A stretch of DNA of 64,000 nucleotides from positions 70,561-134,560 of the IMG/VR virus record IMGVR_UViG_3300030616_000016; one strand, 5' to 3'. Position numbers and translations under genes: made by a program. This DNA is from a virus. This document shows, piece by piece, positions 9,512 through 19,007 of the stretch. The notes beneath the pieces are model-generated. The model was given only the letters and a program-made list of their open reading frames with translations, did not search any database and was not told the origin of the DNA. Position 1 is the stretch's first letter. Each line of letters begins with the position of its first letter.

Positions 9512-10549
9512 TTATGATGCTGATGTATCTACGCGTCCATCAGGCAATAGTTTCAAGTCTTCTTTTTTTGCATATGCTTTCCAGTGGTCAATATCTGCAT
9601 ATGTATCGCCAGAATTACAACTTTCAAGATATTCTTTCAGAATGGCAAATATTACTCCATAACTACCACATTTAAGATACTGAGGAATGGCTCTGCTAAT
9701 ATTCCCCAAGCATGGACCACCATCAACATTAACATGAGGATGTGGATTTGAAGTTTCTTTACCTGGAGGTTCAATAACTGATGTAATGCGTATTCCTGTA
9801 CTATTATATGGAATACTAACAAGATATGTTCCCATATAATAGTACATGTCATTTTCTTTTATCCAGATAGGTGGTGTAAGCCCCTTAATTGAGTCTGGAG
9901 CGAACTCAATGTTAGCATATGCACCTGATTCATATAATTTCATTACTCCAGTAACTGCTTTGTCAATCATCATTTCTTTCTCTTCACCTTCAGGTATGTT
10001 TTCTATATCTTTTAACCTTTCCTTGGCTATTTCAAGGCGTTTCATAAGAGTAAGTTGATGTGTTTGACAAGCTTTCATTTGGTTTTCTGTGAGCCTCAAA
10101 GATGTGAGAAGACTAGTTTTCTCACTATCTACATTACCAAGAAGCTGACGATAAATACATTCCCGTACATCGTTTCTCTTGTTTGCAATGTCTCGTTGAG
10201 ATCTACGACTAGAGCCACTACCTCTTCTAGAAAGAATTATTCGCGCGTCTCTAAAACTTTTAAATGCGTTTGAGATTACTGCGTCAAATATATCTTCTCT
10301 AGAAGCAAGTATTTGTAAACAGTTTGGTGAATGGGTAATAGTTTTTCTTGACTCGTCAACAAAAGGTTCCCATACATTAGATATGTTAGGAATATCTTCA
10401 ATTGGTGTAGGATTTATAATGCAAAGAACCTCTGAAGTAAAATCCTGGAATCTATCACTAATGATAATGGTTTTTGTCAGAGAGATCTCAAATGTTCTGA
10501 AAACAGCAAATAAATCTGAGCTGTTTGCAACTCCCATATTATCAATCAT
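9512..10549 (-). CDS. protein with C-terminal UBC/E2-like domain (345 aa); the N-terminal ~230 aa are of unknown function
   Basis: IRITSVIEPPGKETSNPHPHVNVDGGPCLGNI parallels the E2 active-site HPN(I/V)xxxGxICL signature (HPH...PCL). Confidence 0.65.
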   Translation of the reverse strand: MIDNMGVANSSDLFAVFRTFEISLTKTIIISDRFQDFTSEVLCIINPTPIEDIPNISNVWEPFVDESRKTITHSPNCLQILASREDIFDAVISNAFKSFRDARIILSRRGSGSSRRSQRDIANKRNDVRECIYRQLLGNVDSEKTSLLTSLRLTENQMKACQTHQLTLMKRLEIAKERLKDIENIPEGEEKEMMIDKAVTGVMKLYESGAYANIEFAPDSIKGLTPPIWIKENDMYYYMGTYLVSIPYNSTGIRITSVIEPPGKETSNPHPHVNVDGGPCLGNISRAIPQYLKCGSYGVIFAILKEYLESCNSGDTYADIDHWKAYAKKEDLKLLPDGRVDTSAS

Positions 10550-10684
10550 ATTTGAAAGCCTTTCTGTGTTTTATGATTAGGGTAAAGAAAAGTCAAGTAC
10601 TATAGTAAGTGTTTACTATAATACTTGACTTTTTTGTGGCCACATAACTACACAAAAGTGTAGCTACATTTTTAGGGCACTTTA

Positions 10685-10900
10685 CTACTTGCCGCCATCA
10701 ACCTTCTGCTGCAGAACGACGATGTCGCCGTTATCCAGGACTGTGTCGAGGTCAGCAGCGTCGCCGTTTACACGGACTTTACGACTGCCCAGCTCAACTC
10801 CAGCTGTTGCAAGAAGGTTCGCGACGGTTGCGTTTGCCGGAGTGAGGCTGTAAGTCTTAACTTCGCCTTCACCCTGAGCCAGCTGTACACATGTAACCAT
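10685..10900 (-). CDS. ThiS/MoaD-type beta-grasp ubiquitin-like protein ending in Gly-Gly-Lys (71 aa)
   Basis: GEGEVKTYSLTPANATVANLLATAGVELGSRKVRVNGDAADLDTVLDNGDIVVLQQKVDGGK fits the ThiS/MoaD pattern (ATV..LL, VAVNG, L.DGD.V.I...V.GG). ATG at 10900 is preceded by AAGGAG. Local GC is about 55% against about 33% for the surroundings. Confidence 0.75.
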   Translation of the reverse strand: MVTCVQLAQGEGEVKTYSLTPANATVANLLATAGVELGSRKVRVNGDAADLDTVLDNGDIVVLQQKVDGGK

Positions 10901-10939
10901 TGCAGAACTCCTTAAATAGGGTTCATGTTTTGTCAACGT

Positions 10940-11614
10940 TCAACTACAAGGCCACACTAGCCTGTAGTCCGCTGACCCTTTTAGAAACATTAATTCATCC
11001 ATAGATAAATTATGTTCATTTGCAACTATAAATCCTATGTTTCCGTAGTCATCGAATCTCATAAGAGATATAAAGTTTTCTATTCCGAACCTATTTTTTG
11101 ATTCGTTTCCACAATAAACGCAATTTGGAAATCCGTATAGCATTTTAGAACCACATAGACCACACTCTTCTTTAGACTCCAGTTTGTAAACTCTTAGTTC
11201 TTTTAGTATTCTTTCATTAATCATAAACGATTGTTGCCCAAGTTTTACCTCTGTACGTTCATGCAAATCTACAAGAGCATCAAATGGAATTCGATTGATC
11301 CAGTAATTTAATGGTCTTAAGCTAGCTGTTCTATTTCTATATATAAGTAAGTTAACTAGTATTTTGTCTGCACATATGGGAGAGCCTTCTTTAAAAATAT
11401 ATCCCATAATTTTATTAGTTCCAATAACATTTCTAGAGCTTCCAATTTCTGGCACTGCTAATGTTAAGCGATTTGGGCTTAGGACTATATCCCATTTCTT
11501 TGATAAATCTTGAGGCTCGTCTGGGTTGTGAGGAGTTATATGCGCCAGCTTTTCTTCTATAGCTCCACGAAATATTGAGCTTTTTCTTCGCTCTAGACAT
11601 TGCGACATATACAA
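10940..11614 (-). CDS. hypothetical protein with CxxCG-x9-CxYCG zinc ribbon; the start may be the internal Met at about 11407 because the ORF overlaps the helicase 3' end
   Basis: ECGLCGSKMLYGFPNCVYCG; the ORF overlaps the uvrD-like C-terminus by 180 nt in another frame. Confidence 0.4.
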   Translation of the reverse strand: MYMSQCLERRKSSIFRGAIEEKLAHITPHNPDEPQDLSKKWDIVLSPNRLTLAVPEIGSSRNVIGTNKIMGYIFKEGSPICADKILVNLLIYRNRTASLRPLNYWINRIPFDALVDLHERTEVKLGQQSFMINERILKELRVYKLESKEECGLCGSKMLYGFPNCVYCGNESKNRFGIENFISLMRFDDYGNIGFIVANEHNLSMDELMFLKGSADYRLVWPCS

Positions 11615-13175
11615 CTCTCCTTTCGGACTCTATTTCGTCTTCTTCTACCATTGTGCATGGATAGTATCCTTCTTCCATCCCGCACATATAAACAATATCA
11701 AACTCAAGTCCCTTTACTCCGTGAACAGTAGCTATAGTCACATCTCCTGCATCGTTATCTGAGTTGCTTGTAAGTTTGATCTTATTTACTAGGTCAATCA
11801 TTGAGTCACAAGAGTCAGACATATAATCTATAATTTCATATAAGGATATCTGATACTTACTCTCGTCCATTTCATCAAGGAGTTTACAAGCATCTTTGAC
11901 TCCTTGCATATCATTGTTTAGGATCTTGTCTATTATCTCTACTATGTCCTCATTATCAACAAGAATTTTAGATTTTTCTTGGCTATTTTCTCTGTTAATA
12001 AATTGGTTAAGAAATCGTTTGCCTAATCCTCTTTTCAAGTATGCAAGAAATTGTGAGGTTCTTTCTATATTGATTCCGTCTTCTTTATTAATAGGATGAA
12101 GCCCACATATAAGATCAATAAGTCTTTTTGTCTTACCTCTTTCTGATAGTGACAGTCCACCTATTCTAGTATATGGTATAGCACGTTGATCAAAATATAT
12201 AGCTACAGTATCTAGTTGTCTATGTGTACGACCTAATATAGCCACTGAATTGCCAGCTTCCATATATCTTTGTATGTCTCGTGCCAAAAACTGATTCTCA
12301 TCAGATTCTGAGTTGAATGGATAGAAATCAACATTAGGTATACTAGCTTCTTCTGCAGTAATTTCACTGCTATAAGTATCTGCATTGCAGGATATTAGTT
12401 TATTACAATATCCAGCAATATGATTGTCAAATCTCCATGTATATGATAATGGAAGTACTTTGGCGCCTGATTCTTTTATGAGCATTTCTGTATTTTCGTA
12501 ACATGCACCACGAAATTGGTACAAGCACTGATTTTGGTCGCCTACTACTGTGAATCCTCTGTTAAAATCATACGTAAGTTCTTTAACCATATTGTATTGA
12601 ACAGTGTTGGTATCTTGCCATTCATCCACAATAATTCCATCGCAACCTACGTCTCTCATATATTCTATGGAGTCGTAAAGAAGATCACTGAAGTCTTTGA
12701 CATGGTTCTTTAGCTTGGTAGTTTTGTATATCTTAGCGAGAGAATCTAAGCTGTCTTGTACTGACAGATTATTTACTTCTACATTATTTTGAAGCTTAAT
12801 CTTTGCAGCTTCAAGTAAAAGCTTATAGATATCACTGTCAGGAGAGTATCCCATTTTCTTTATACAGCTTCTTATCAACTCTGTAGATTCGTTCTGGTCA
12901 ATAATCTCGAATTCTTGTTTGTTATTCTTGAGGAGTTGTAAGCCCAAGCCATGGAATGTTCCAATGAAAACAGCATTGTTCCCAGTTAGTCTACTTGTAA
13001 GTTCTTTTGCTGCCTTATTAGTAAATGTAATAGCAACGAACTTGTAATCTATATCAGCAACACCATAAGCTAATGTGGTTGTTTTGCCACTGCCAGGCGC
13101 AGCCATAACTACGTTTTTGTTGGCTGGGTCTTTCATATGCAAGATAATTGCTTGCTGTTCTTCAGTTGGATTCAT
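11433..13175 (-). CDS. UvrD/Rep/PcrA-like SF1 DNA helicase
   Basis: MNPTEEQQAIIL, AAPGSGKTT (Walker A), IIVDEWQD (motif II), RRVVYVAMSRAKKKL (motif VI), and a C-terminal SRFI. Start placed at the Met preceding NPTEEQ. Confidence 0.85.
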   Translation of the reverse strand: MNPTEEQQAIILHMKDPANKNVVMAAPGSGKTTTLAYGVADIDYKFVAITFTNKAAKELTSRLTGNNAVFIGTFHGLGLQLLKNNKQEFEIIDQNESTELIRSCIKKMGYSPDSDIYKLLLEAAKIKLQNNVEVNNLSVQDSLDSLAKIYKTTKLKNHVKDFSDLLYDSIEYMRDVGCDGIIVDEWQDTNTVQYNMVKELTYDFNRGFTVVGDQNQCLYQFRGACYENTEMLIKESGAKVLPLSYTWRFDNHIAGYCNKLISCNADTYSSEITAEEASIPNVDFYPFNSESDENQFLARDIQRYMEAGNSVAILGRTHRQLDTVAIYFDQRAIPYTRIGGLSLSERGKTKRLIDLICGLHPINKEDGINIERTSQFLAYLKRGLGKRFLNQFINRENSQEKSKILVDNEDIVEIIDKILNNDMQGVKDACKLLDEMDESKYQISLYEIIDYMSDSCDSMIDLVNKIKLTSNSDNDAGDVTIATVHGVKGLEFDIVYMCGMEEGYYPCTMVEEDEIESERRVVYVAMSRAKKKLNISWSYRRKAGAYNSSQPRRASRFIKEMGYSPKPKSLNISSARNWKL

Positions 13176-13179
13176 ATTA

Positions 13180-13434
13180 TTAGTCTGTTGTAGTGTTAAG
13201 GTGGTATTCAATCTCATCAGTAATGGATTTGGTGTCTTTATGCAGCGTTTGTTCTCCCTTAATACTGAGTTTGTACTTATTTCTTTTCTTTGGATCTGCA
13301 TATTTTGTTATAGAGATGCTTATGCGTTCATCTTTCTTTTGTGCTTGTTCTTGCGGCTGTTGTGTTTGTTCTGTTACATCACCTGGCATTTTAATATATC
13401 TCCTAATTTGTCTAGGTCTGATAAAAGATCCCAT
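13180..13434 (-). CDS. small hypothetical protein (84 aa)
   Basis: Minus-strand ORF tightly packed between genes. Confidence 0.3.
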   Translation of the reverse strand: MGSFIRPRQIRRYIKMPGDVTEQTQQPQEQAQKKDERISISITKYADPKKRNKYKLSIKGEQTLHKDTKSITDEIEYHLNTTTD

Positions 13435-14087
13435 TGTTTAAACATATGAAGGTCATTTATTAGTATTTTTTTACCACAGTAATAACATTCTGTAAAGTAT
13501 TCTGTGTGTGGACCAATTAATTTGTAGCGCAATATACCATCATTAAATAAATTATATGAAGCACATGAAGGACATAGGTATGGAATTAGTGCTAACATTG
13601 TTGATAGTATATTACCACGTTTTATACGAGCTGGATTTGATTTGTATATTGTTGTAAAACCAACTACTGAATTTAATAATGATCGAGACATAGCCCCAGA
13701 TGAATTTCTTCTTAATTCTTCTAGTATTGCTGTTTTTGAGTTTATTACTATGCGTTGACATGCAATACTAATACGTTGAACAGAATCATAATGCATATAA
13801 TCTGGATATATAGGTGGTATCTTTATCTCTGACATAGTTCCAATCATTTGTTCAATGATAGGTGTAACTGACCAGTTATACAAATCTCTTCCTACTAAAG
13901 AGCATCTTGTTATAGCACATGGAGGAACATATACATGTTTTTGATAACCGGGCGACAAATTATTAGTCATAGCTTTTGTAATGTCAGCATATGATACAGT
14001 AGGCACTGTCCATTTAGGGAGTATAGTGTTTTTAAGTTCTAGTGTGGAACAGATTGCTTTATTAAGACAGTTTATACATGGATGCAT
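13374..14087 (-). CDS. hypothetical Cys-rich protein (237 aa)
   Basis: Minus-strand ORF with several CxxC pairs; second gene downstream of the E1-like gene. Confidence 0.45.
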   Translation of the reverse strand: MHPCINCLNKAICSTLELKNTILPKWTVPTVSYADITKAMTNNLSPGYQKHVYVPPCAITRCSLVGRDLYNWSVTPIIEQMIGTMSEIKIPPIYPDYMHYDSVQRISIACQRIVINSKTAILEELRRNSSGAMSRSLLNSVVGFTTIYKSNPARIKRGNILSTMLALIPYLCPSCASYNLFNDGILRYKLIGPHTEYFTECYYCGKKILINDLHMFKQWDLLSDLDKLGDILKCQVM

Positions 14088-14107
14088 TGCTCTTTTCTCA
14101 CAGAATA

Positions 14108-14575
14108 TTATTTAGATGTCTCGTATATTGCTTTGATGTCTATGTTTGATGAGTCTTCCAATAGTAATTTTACTAGTCCTATTTTATTCTTGCTGTTAAA
14201 TGAAGACATGATTGCTTTAAGTATATTATCATTGTATGCGCCACAAAATTGGCATATAATCGAGCTTCCCAGACACATACAATTTGAACATCTTTCTGTA
14301 AGTTTAGATGTAATACTTATATAATCGCGTGATATTGTTACTGGCAAGCAACCACAACTATCTATTGCCAAAATATCATAAGTATCGTTGTCTATGTATC
14401 CAACTATTATTTTTTTTGCACGCATAAATTCTTTATATATAAGGAGATTATAAGCATTATGTTCTACTTCAAATGGTATTAATATACTATCACTGTCTTG
14501 TAAGGGTTTTGTAGACCCTTCAGAAAGTGTAAGCCCAGTGAATAATATACGATCAAAACGACACGATTTACTCAT
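14108..14575 (-). CDS. hypothetical Cys-cluster protein (155 aa), translationally coupled to the E1-like gene
   Basis: Start overlaps the E1 stop (ATGA). Contains CSNCMCLGSSIICQFCG. Confidence 0.45.
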   Translation of the reverse strand: MSKSCRFDRILFTGLTLSEGSTKPLQDSDSILIPFEVEHNAYNLLIYKEFMRAKKIIVGYIDNDTYDILAIDSCGCLPVTISRDYISITSKLTERCSNCMCLGSSIICQFCGAYNDNILKAIMSSFNSKNKIGLVKLLLEDSSNIDIKAIYETSK

Positions 14576-15309
14576 GGTCTTTTATCCTTAAAGATATCCC
14601 ATGTCTTGAAATTAATATCTATTCCAAATGGAATTGTTTCTTCTGTTCCATTTGCAATATGATAAATACATGAGGATATCCAGCTTGCTGTCCACATTAC
14701 TGGAAATATAATGCTCTTTTCTGTACACTTGATATCAGGCATGTCTTCATCATTATCAAGATTGTTTTCCTCGAACAGCTGAACTTCATCTGGCATGTAA
14801 GGAAGTACTGCGTATGCTTCGCATTGAGTTGCTCCAATTCTTGAGTCTATAAACATGGAAATACGAGCCATATTTTGACAACTATATTCAAACAGGAGTT
14901 GTCTTGCCTTCATGTTATCGACGGCAGAAATAATAATGTCAGCTTTTCTAGCGTATTTGTCAACATCGTCTACGCTTTCAAGTCTGTCTTTATGAAATTC
15001 CCACTCCCAGTTGGGCTTTGAATATCCGCTTATAATCTTTTCAAGTTCAGCTACTTTTAGGGCTCCAGTTTGCCGCCAATTATAAATTTGGTTTGCCTGA
15101 TTATGGACTTCAATTGAATCAAAGTCTACAATAGTACATTTGGTGATACCCATTTTTGCCATAGCAACTGCAGCAAATGAACCTATGCTTCCAGCTCCAA
15201 GCATAAATACATTAAGCTTCATCAGCTTATCAATGTCAACTAGATCAAAGTGACCTTTATAAATTTCTTCATTCTCATTGAATACAAATTCTTCTTCCTG
15301 GTTAGACAT
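14572..15309 (-). CDS. ThiF/MoeB-family E1-like adenylyltransferase (about 246 aa)
   Basis: VFMLGAGSIGSFAAVAMAKMGITKCTIVDFDSIEVHNQANQ is the classic E1/ThiF Rossmann GxGxxG...D.D.VE.SNL.RQ motif; DNMKARQLLFEYSCQN also present. ATG at 15309 is preceded by AAAGGAA. Confidence 0.8.
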   Translation of the reverse strand: MSNQEEEFVFNENEEIYKGHFDLVDIDKLMKLNVFMLGAGSIGSFAAVAMAKMGITKCTIVDFDSIEVHNQANQIYNWRQTGALKVAELEKIISGYSKPNWEWEFHKDRLESVDDVDKYARKADIIISAVDNMKARQLLFEYSCQNMARISMFIDSRIGATQCEAYAVLPYMPDEVQLFEENNLDNDEDMPDIKCTEKSIIFPVMWTASWISSCIYHIANGTEETIPFGIDINFKTWDIFKDKRP

Positions 15310-15328
15310 TGAGTAATTCCTTTCTGGT

Positions 15329-15967
15329 CTACTCACCGAATATTGATTGCATCGAAAAGTATGTATAACATACTAGCTCATATTCCTGAATCCATTCTTC
15401 TCTTTTTGTTCCGCTTTTATCTCTTATGATGTAGCTCGGATGATAAAGACAGATTATTGGAATATCATTATTGTTATTGTTATAGTAAAATGTTTCTCCA
15501 ACTAAATCTCCCATTTTAGTTGTAGTATTTACATCTTTTATTAATGCTATAGCTGATTGTTTGCCAAGGCAAACAATCAACCATGGATCCAGTATTTCTA
15601 ATTCTTTGTGAAGAAATGGAATACATTCTTCAACACAGTCTGTGGGTGGAGGACAAGTTTTCTCACCTTGCCTGAATGGTTTGCATCTGGCTATGTTTGT
15701 TAAGTAGCATTCTGATGCTGGCAATTCGGCGGCTTCTGTCATCTCATTGAGTTCTTGTCCAGCTGGACCACAAAATGGGATGCCTTGGCTATCTTCCTGG
15801 GCCCCAGGAGATTCGCCGATAAAAACTATGTTGTATCGGTAGCTTCCTCTGCTAAAAACAGGACTAGATGCTATATTTCTTAGTCTGCATTTTGTGCAGT
15901 CTAGTACGTCCTGTTCTAAGTCTTGGAGCTGACTTTCTTTACTTATATTTTGAGTATCTCCAGACAT
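15329..15967 (-). CDS. uracil-DNA glycosylase, family 4 (Fe-S type)
   Basis: CTKCRL Cys cluster, GESPGAQED (motif A), IPFCGPAG, and HPS (motif B). Confidence 0.8.
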   Translation of the reverse strand: MSGDTQNISKESQLQDLEQDVLDCTKCRLRNIASSPVFSRGSYRYNIVFIGESPGAQEDSQGIPFCGPAGQELNEMTEAAELPASECYLTNIARCKPFRQGEKTCPPPTDCVEECIPFLHKELEILDPWLIVCLGKQSAIALIKDVNTTTKMGDLVGETFYYNNNNNDIPIICLYHPSYIIRDKSGTKREEWIQEYELVCYTYFSMQSIFGE

Positions 15968-16385
15968 TTTGCGTAAATCCACTAGGGGTTTTGAGTCTAA
16001 TGCGCTCTTTGTCAATACTGACAATCTCTGAGCCTGGTACAAAGAGCTGGGCTAGGCTCATTTCAGTATACTTTGTTGAAGTTTTGGTAAGCTCTTCTTC
16101 TGACCAACCAAACTCCTTAGCCTTTGATACAGCTTCAACAAACTCACTGTCATTATATACATCAGGATTGTATTCTATATCACCGACATCAACTACCTGA
16201 CATATGATATTCTTAATCCTTGACTTGATGAATTTTGCATCGTCGTTCATATGAATATCTTCTAGTTTACTACACATGACAAGCAAGTCACCGCATAGAT
16301 TCCATGCGGGACTTGCTTGCAGTGTTTCTAGATTTGATTCTGACAGTGGAAGTATTTGCGTGATCTTTTCAGCTATAGCTTCCAT
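15939..16385 (-). CDS. hypothetical protein (148 aa)
   Basis: minus-strand ORF. Confidence 0.45.
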   Translation of the reverse strand: MEAIAEKITQILPLSESNLETLQASPAWNLCGDLLVMCSKLEDIHMNDDAKFIKSRIKNIICQVVDVGDIEYNPDVYNDSEFVEAVSKAKEFGWSEEELTKTSTKYTEMSLAQLFVPGSEIVSIDKERIRLKTPSGFTQNVWRYSKYK

Positions 16386-16396
16386 GTTGTCCTTTC

Positions 16397-16879
16397 CTAG
16401 TCGATAACGATATAATCAGAATCGACTACTTCATCTGTTTCGGGGTCAAGAATGTCAACCTTCTGCAATTTGTCCTTGTCAGAAGTATAGCCGTTTATGG
16501 CTTTGTAAATCTTGCGTGTACCCCTCTGAATGGGATTGGCCATATCTGTGCTTGTATCAAGACGCCGGCTTCCAATTGCTTTTAGCAGACCGCTAATCGA
16601 AATACAGCCAGAGTTGTCAATCAGCTCATGATTACCAATACCAAGCACTTTTCTAAGTGCATCTTCTTCAATGATAAACTCACTATCATTGATCCTGACA
16701 GTTGCAACTACCTCCTTATAAGGAAAGAGGAAGAACAAACCGTCACCTGTTTCTGCATCCTGGATAAGTACAAAGGCATTCTTGCCTATGGGTACAATTG
16801 TTACATCTTCCCAACCATACTCATCAAGGACTGTTTGGATGTCAATATTCTCATCCATTACTAACTCCCTTCTGGACAT
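16397..16879 (-). CDS. hypothetical protein (160 aa)
   Basis: minus-strand ORF. Confidence 0.45.
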   Translation of the reverse strand: MSRRELVMDENIDIQTVLDEYGWEDVTIVPIGKNAFVLIQDAETGDGLFFLFPYKEVVATVRINDSEFIIEEDALRKVLGIGNHELIDNSGCISISGLLKAIGSRRLDTSTDMANPIQRGTRKIYKAINGYTSDKDKLQKVDILDPETDEVVDSDYIVID

Positions 16880-16903
16880 GTTAATTAATCACAGCGCGCA
16901 TTC

Positions 16904-18661
16904 TCATGAATGCTTCCAAGCGCTGTATGAGATATCAATTATCTCTGTATCTAATATTTCGTTGGCCACTTGTTGTAAAACAAGTCTTGCAGGTAAGAAA
17001 GGTTTTAGCCTATTAAATGGCAGGCCTAAATTAACCTCAATAATTCCGTTGGAATATTTATATTCAGCTGACTGAATCACATGATAAACCTTAGGAGTTA
17101 CAAGGTTTTTAACTGAATATACTATTTTGTTTATTGTTTCCTTTTTGTTTGACGACATTATAGTATTGATTCTTTTAATTTCATCCAGTATAACACTTGA
17201 ACTTTCAGTGTTTCTTCTTACTGGTGGCAATTCTCTAAATGGTATTATTTCTGCAGGATATTGTCTATCGAATCCTAAGATGGTACTATTTAGAGATTTA
17301 GATACCTTCTTCCAGTTAGATAGGCTAAAGCCTGCAGGTGAACCATAGACTGTATAGAATAGATATACATCTCCGTTCTTAATCTTTCTAGACAGGCTCA
17401 TGATATGATCTTGCCATAACAGTATTGCTTCCATTTTTTGCTGGCTAAGAGGCATGACATAGTTTTCTTCAAAGCTTCTGAATTTGATTACACCTACTAC
17501 CTGAGTGCTAGATATATCAAACTTGGATAGTAGCTTTTTGTAGTCTATATCATTCTCTTCTGCGAATTTGTGTGCTCTTTCGTCACTCTTGCGTACAACT
17601 TCTACATCAATATTATGACCAAGTTCTTCCATAGACCATCGTTCTGACATAACGCCATAGTGTTTGTCAGAATCGACTACGTCGATAATATTGAACGACT
17701 TCTTGGTTTCTGTGATTCTAGCACCCCTGCCAATACACTGCATATACAGAACTTTAGAGGCTGTAGGCCTACCAAGAACTATTGTATCTATATCTGGTAC
17801 ATCTACACCCTCTGTATATATCTCACAGTTTATAAGGGTCTGAATTTTACCTTTGTAAAATGCCTCATTAATTTCTCTTCGTTCTTTTTTGGTATTCTCT
17901 TGAGATATCATTACAGGATTAAACTCTTCGAGTTCTTCAAGTAATGATTTGGCGTGAGTATTATCTACTGCGAATATAAGGGTCTTTCCTAAATATTCTG
18001 CGTCTCTCATGCCTTGTAGAATAGCCTTATTTCTTGCTTCGCTATTGACTTGCTTTAATGATTCTCTGGTAAATCTACCATTGACTTTCTTTAAGTCTAG
18101 TTTAATGCCAGTTCTTACTATATTGTATGAAGGTTTTGCGAGCCAGCCTTTTTCAACCATGTCATAGAATGTGCGTTGATAAGAAATAGAATCGAATCCT
18201 AGGTCTTTACCGTCTAATCTGGTTGGAGTTGCTGTAAGTCCTAGGATACGATTCCATTTAATTCTTTGAATTATGCCATCATCTCCTGATATGCTTGGCA
18301 TAGGGAAATGATGTGCTTCGTCACATACTATAGTATCGACTTCAGGAAGTTCATTATGTAATTCTGATGTAGATAGTATACTGGCGATTATGATATCTCC
18401 GCCAGCATCTTTCTCATCGGCATTCCATATTGTCACTTTAGAACCAAGAGACTCGAATGCACCATAGGCTTGAGATATTAGCTCATTTCTGTGTGCAAGC
18501 CAAAGAGTTTTTCTCTTCTTTGCATGAATCCAAGATGCCGCTGTAAATGTCTTACCTGTTCCAGTTGGAAGACATAACAGTGATTTCTTTCCAGGCTTGA
18601 GCTTCTTACTCATAGCTTTATGTGCTTCTTTTTGATAATCTCTTAGTTGTTTCTTAGCCAA
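16904..18661 (-). CDS. superfamily-2 DEAH-box DNA helicase (Res/SNF2-like phage helicase) with a C-terminal extra domain
   Basis: LPTGTGKT (I), VCDEAHHF (II), LGLTATPTR (III), QCIGRGARI (VI). Confidence 0.8.
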   Translation of the reverse strand: MAKKQLRDYQKEAHKAMSKKLKPGKKSLLCLPTGTGKTFTAASWIHAKKRKTLWLAHRNELISQAYGAFESLGSKVTIWNADEKDAGGDIIIASILSTSELHNELPEVDTIVCDEAHHFPMPSISGDDGIIQRIKWNRILGLTATPTRLDGKDLGFDSISYQRTFYDMVEKGWLAKPSYNIVRTGIKLDLKKVNGRFTRESLKQVNSEARNKAILQGMRDAEYLGKTLIFAVDNTHAKSLLEELEEFNPVMISQENTKKERREINEAFYKGKIQTLINCEIYTEGVDVPDIDTIVLGRPTASKVLYMQCIGRGARITETKKSFNIIDVVDSDKHYGVMSERWSMEELGHNIDVEVVRKSDERAHKFAEENDIDYKKLLSKFDISSTQVVGVIKFRSFEENYVMPLSQQKMEAILLWQDHIMSLSRKIKNGDVYLFYTVYGSPAGFSLSNWKKVSKSLNSTILGFDRQYPAEIIPFRELPPVRRNTESSSVILDEIKRINTIMSSNKKETINKIVYSVKNLVTPKVYHVIQSAEYKYSNGIIEVNLGLPFNRLKPFLPARLVLQQVANEILDTEIIDISYSAWKHS

Positions 18662-18662
18662 G

Positions 18663-19007
18663 CTATGCTCCCTGTATTATCTGTCGTACAGTGAGACAAC
18701 ATGCCTTTCTGAAAGATATTTTACCATGTTTATTGACAACTTCACTAAACGCAGGCCTAAAAATCTTGTCTCGAAAGTGGACTGCTGCCTCAATACTATC
18801 AAATGGAACCGGTATCATAGTAACTACAGGCTCATTGATAATAATGTAGTTTTGACCTTCTTCCTCAATAATACAACTGGATATACTAGTGTTACCAGTG
18901 ATTATTATATTATCCTGATCGTTCTTTGGCATAAGGATCCTCCGGGTCGACTGCCAGGCTGAATCTTGGTCTGTTGCCGCTCTGGTCTCTGTTTTCAAAC
19001 AAGGCAA
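18663..19007 (-). CDS. hypothetical protein (114 aa)
   Basis: minus-strand ORF. Confidence 0.4.
   Translation of the reverse strand: MPCLKTETRAATDQDSAWQSTRRILMPKNDQDNIIITGNTSISSCIIEEEGQNYIIINEPVVTMIPVPFDSIEAAVHFRDKIFRPAFSEVVNKHGKISFRKACCLTVRQIIQGA

Noticed and set aside
10383-10580. Plus-strand small ORF at the E2-Ubl junction
   Set aside because: It is antisense to the E2-like gene 5' region and has no RBS or motif.
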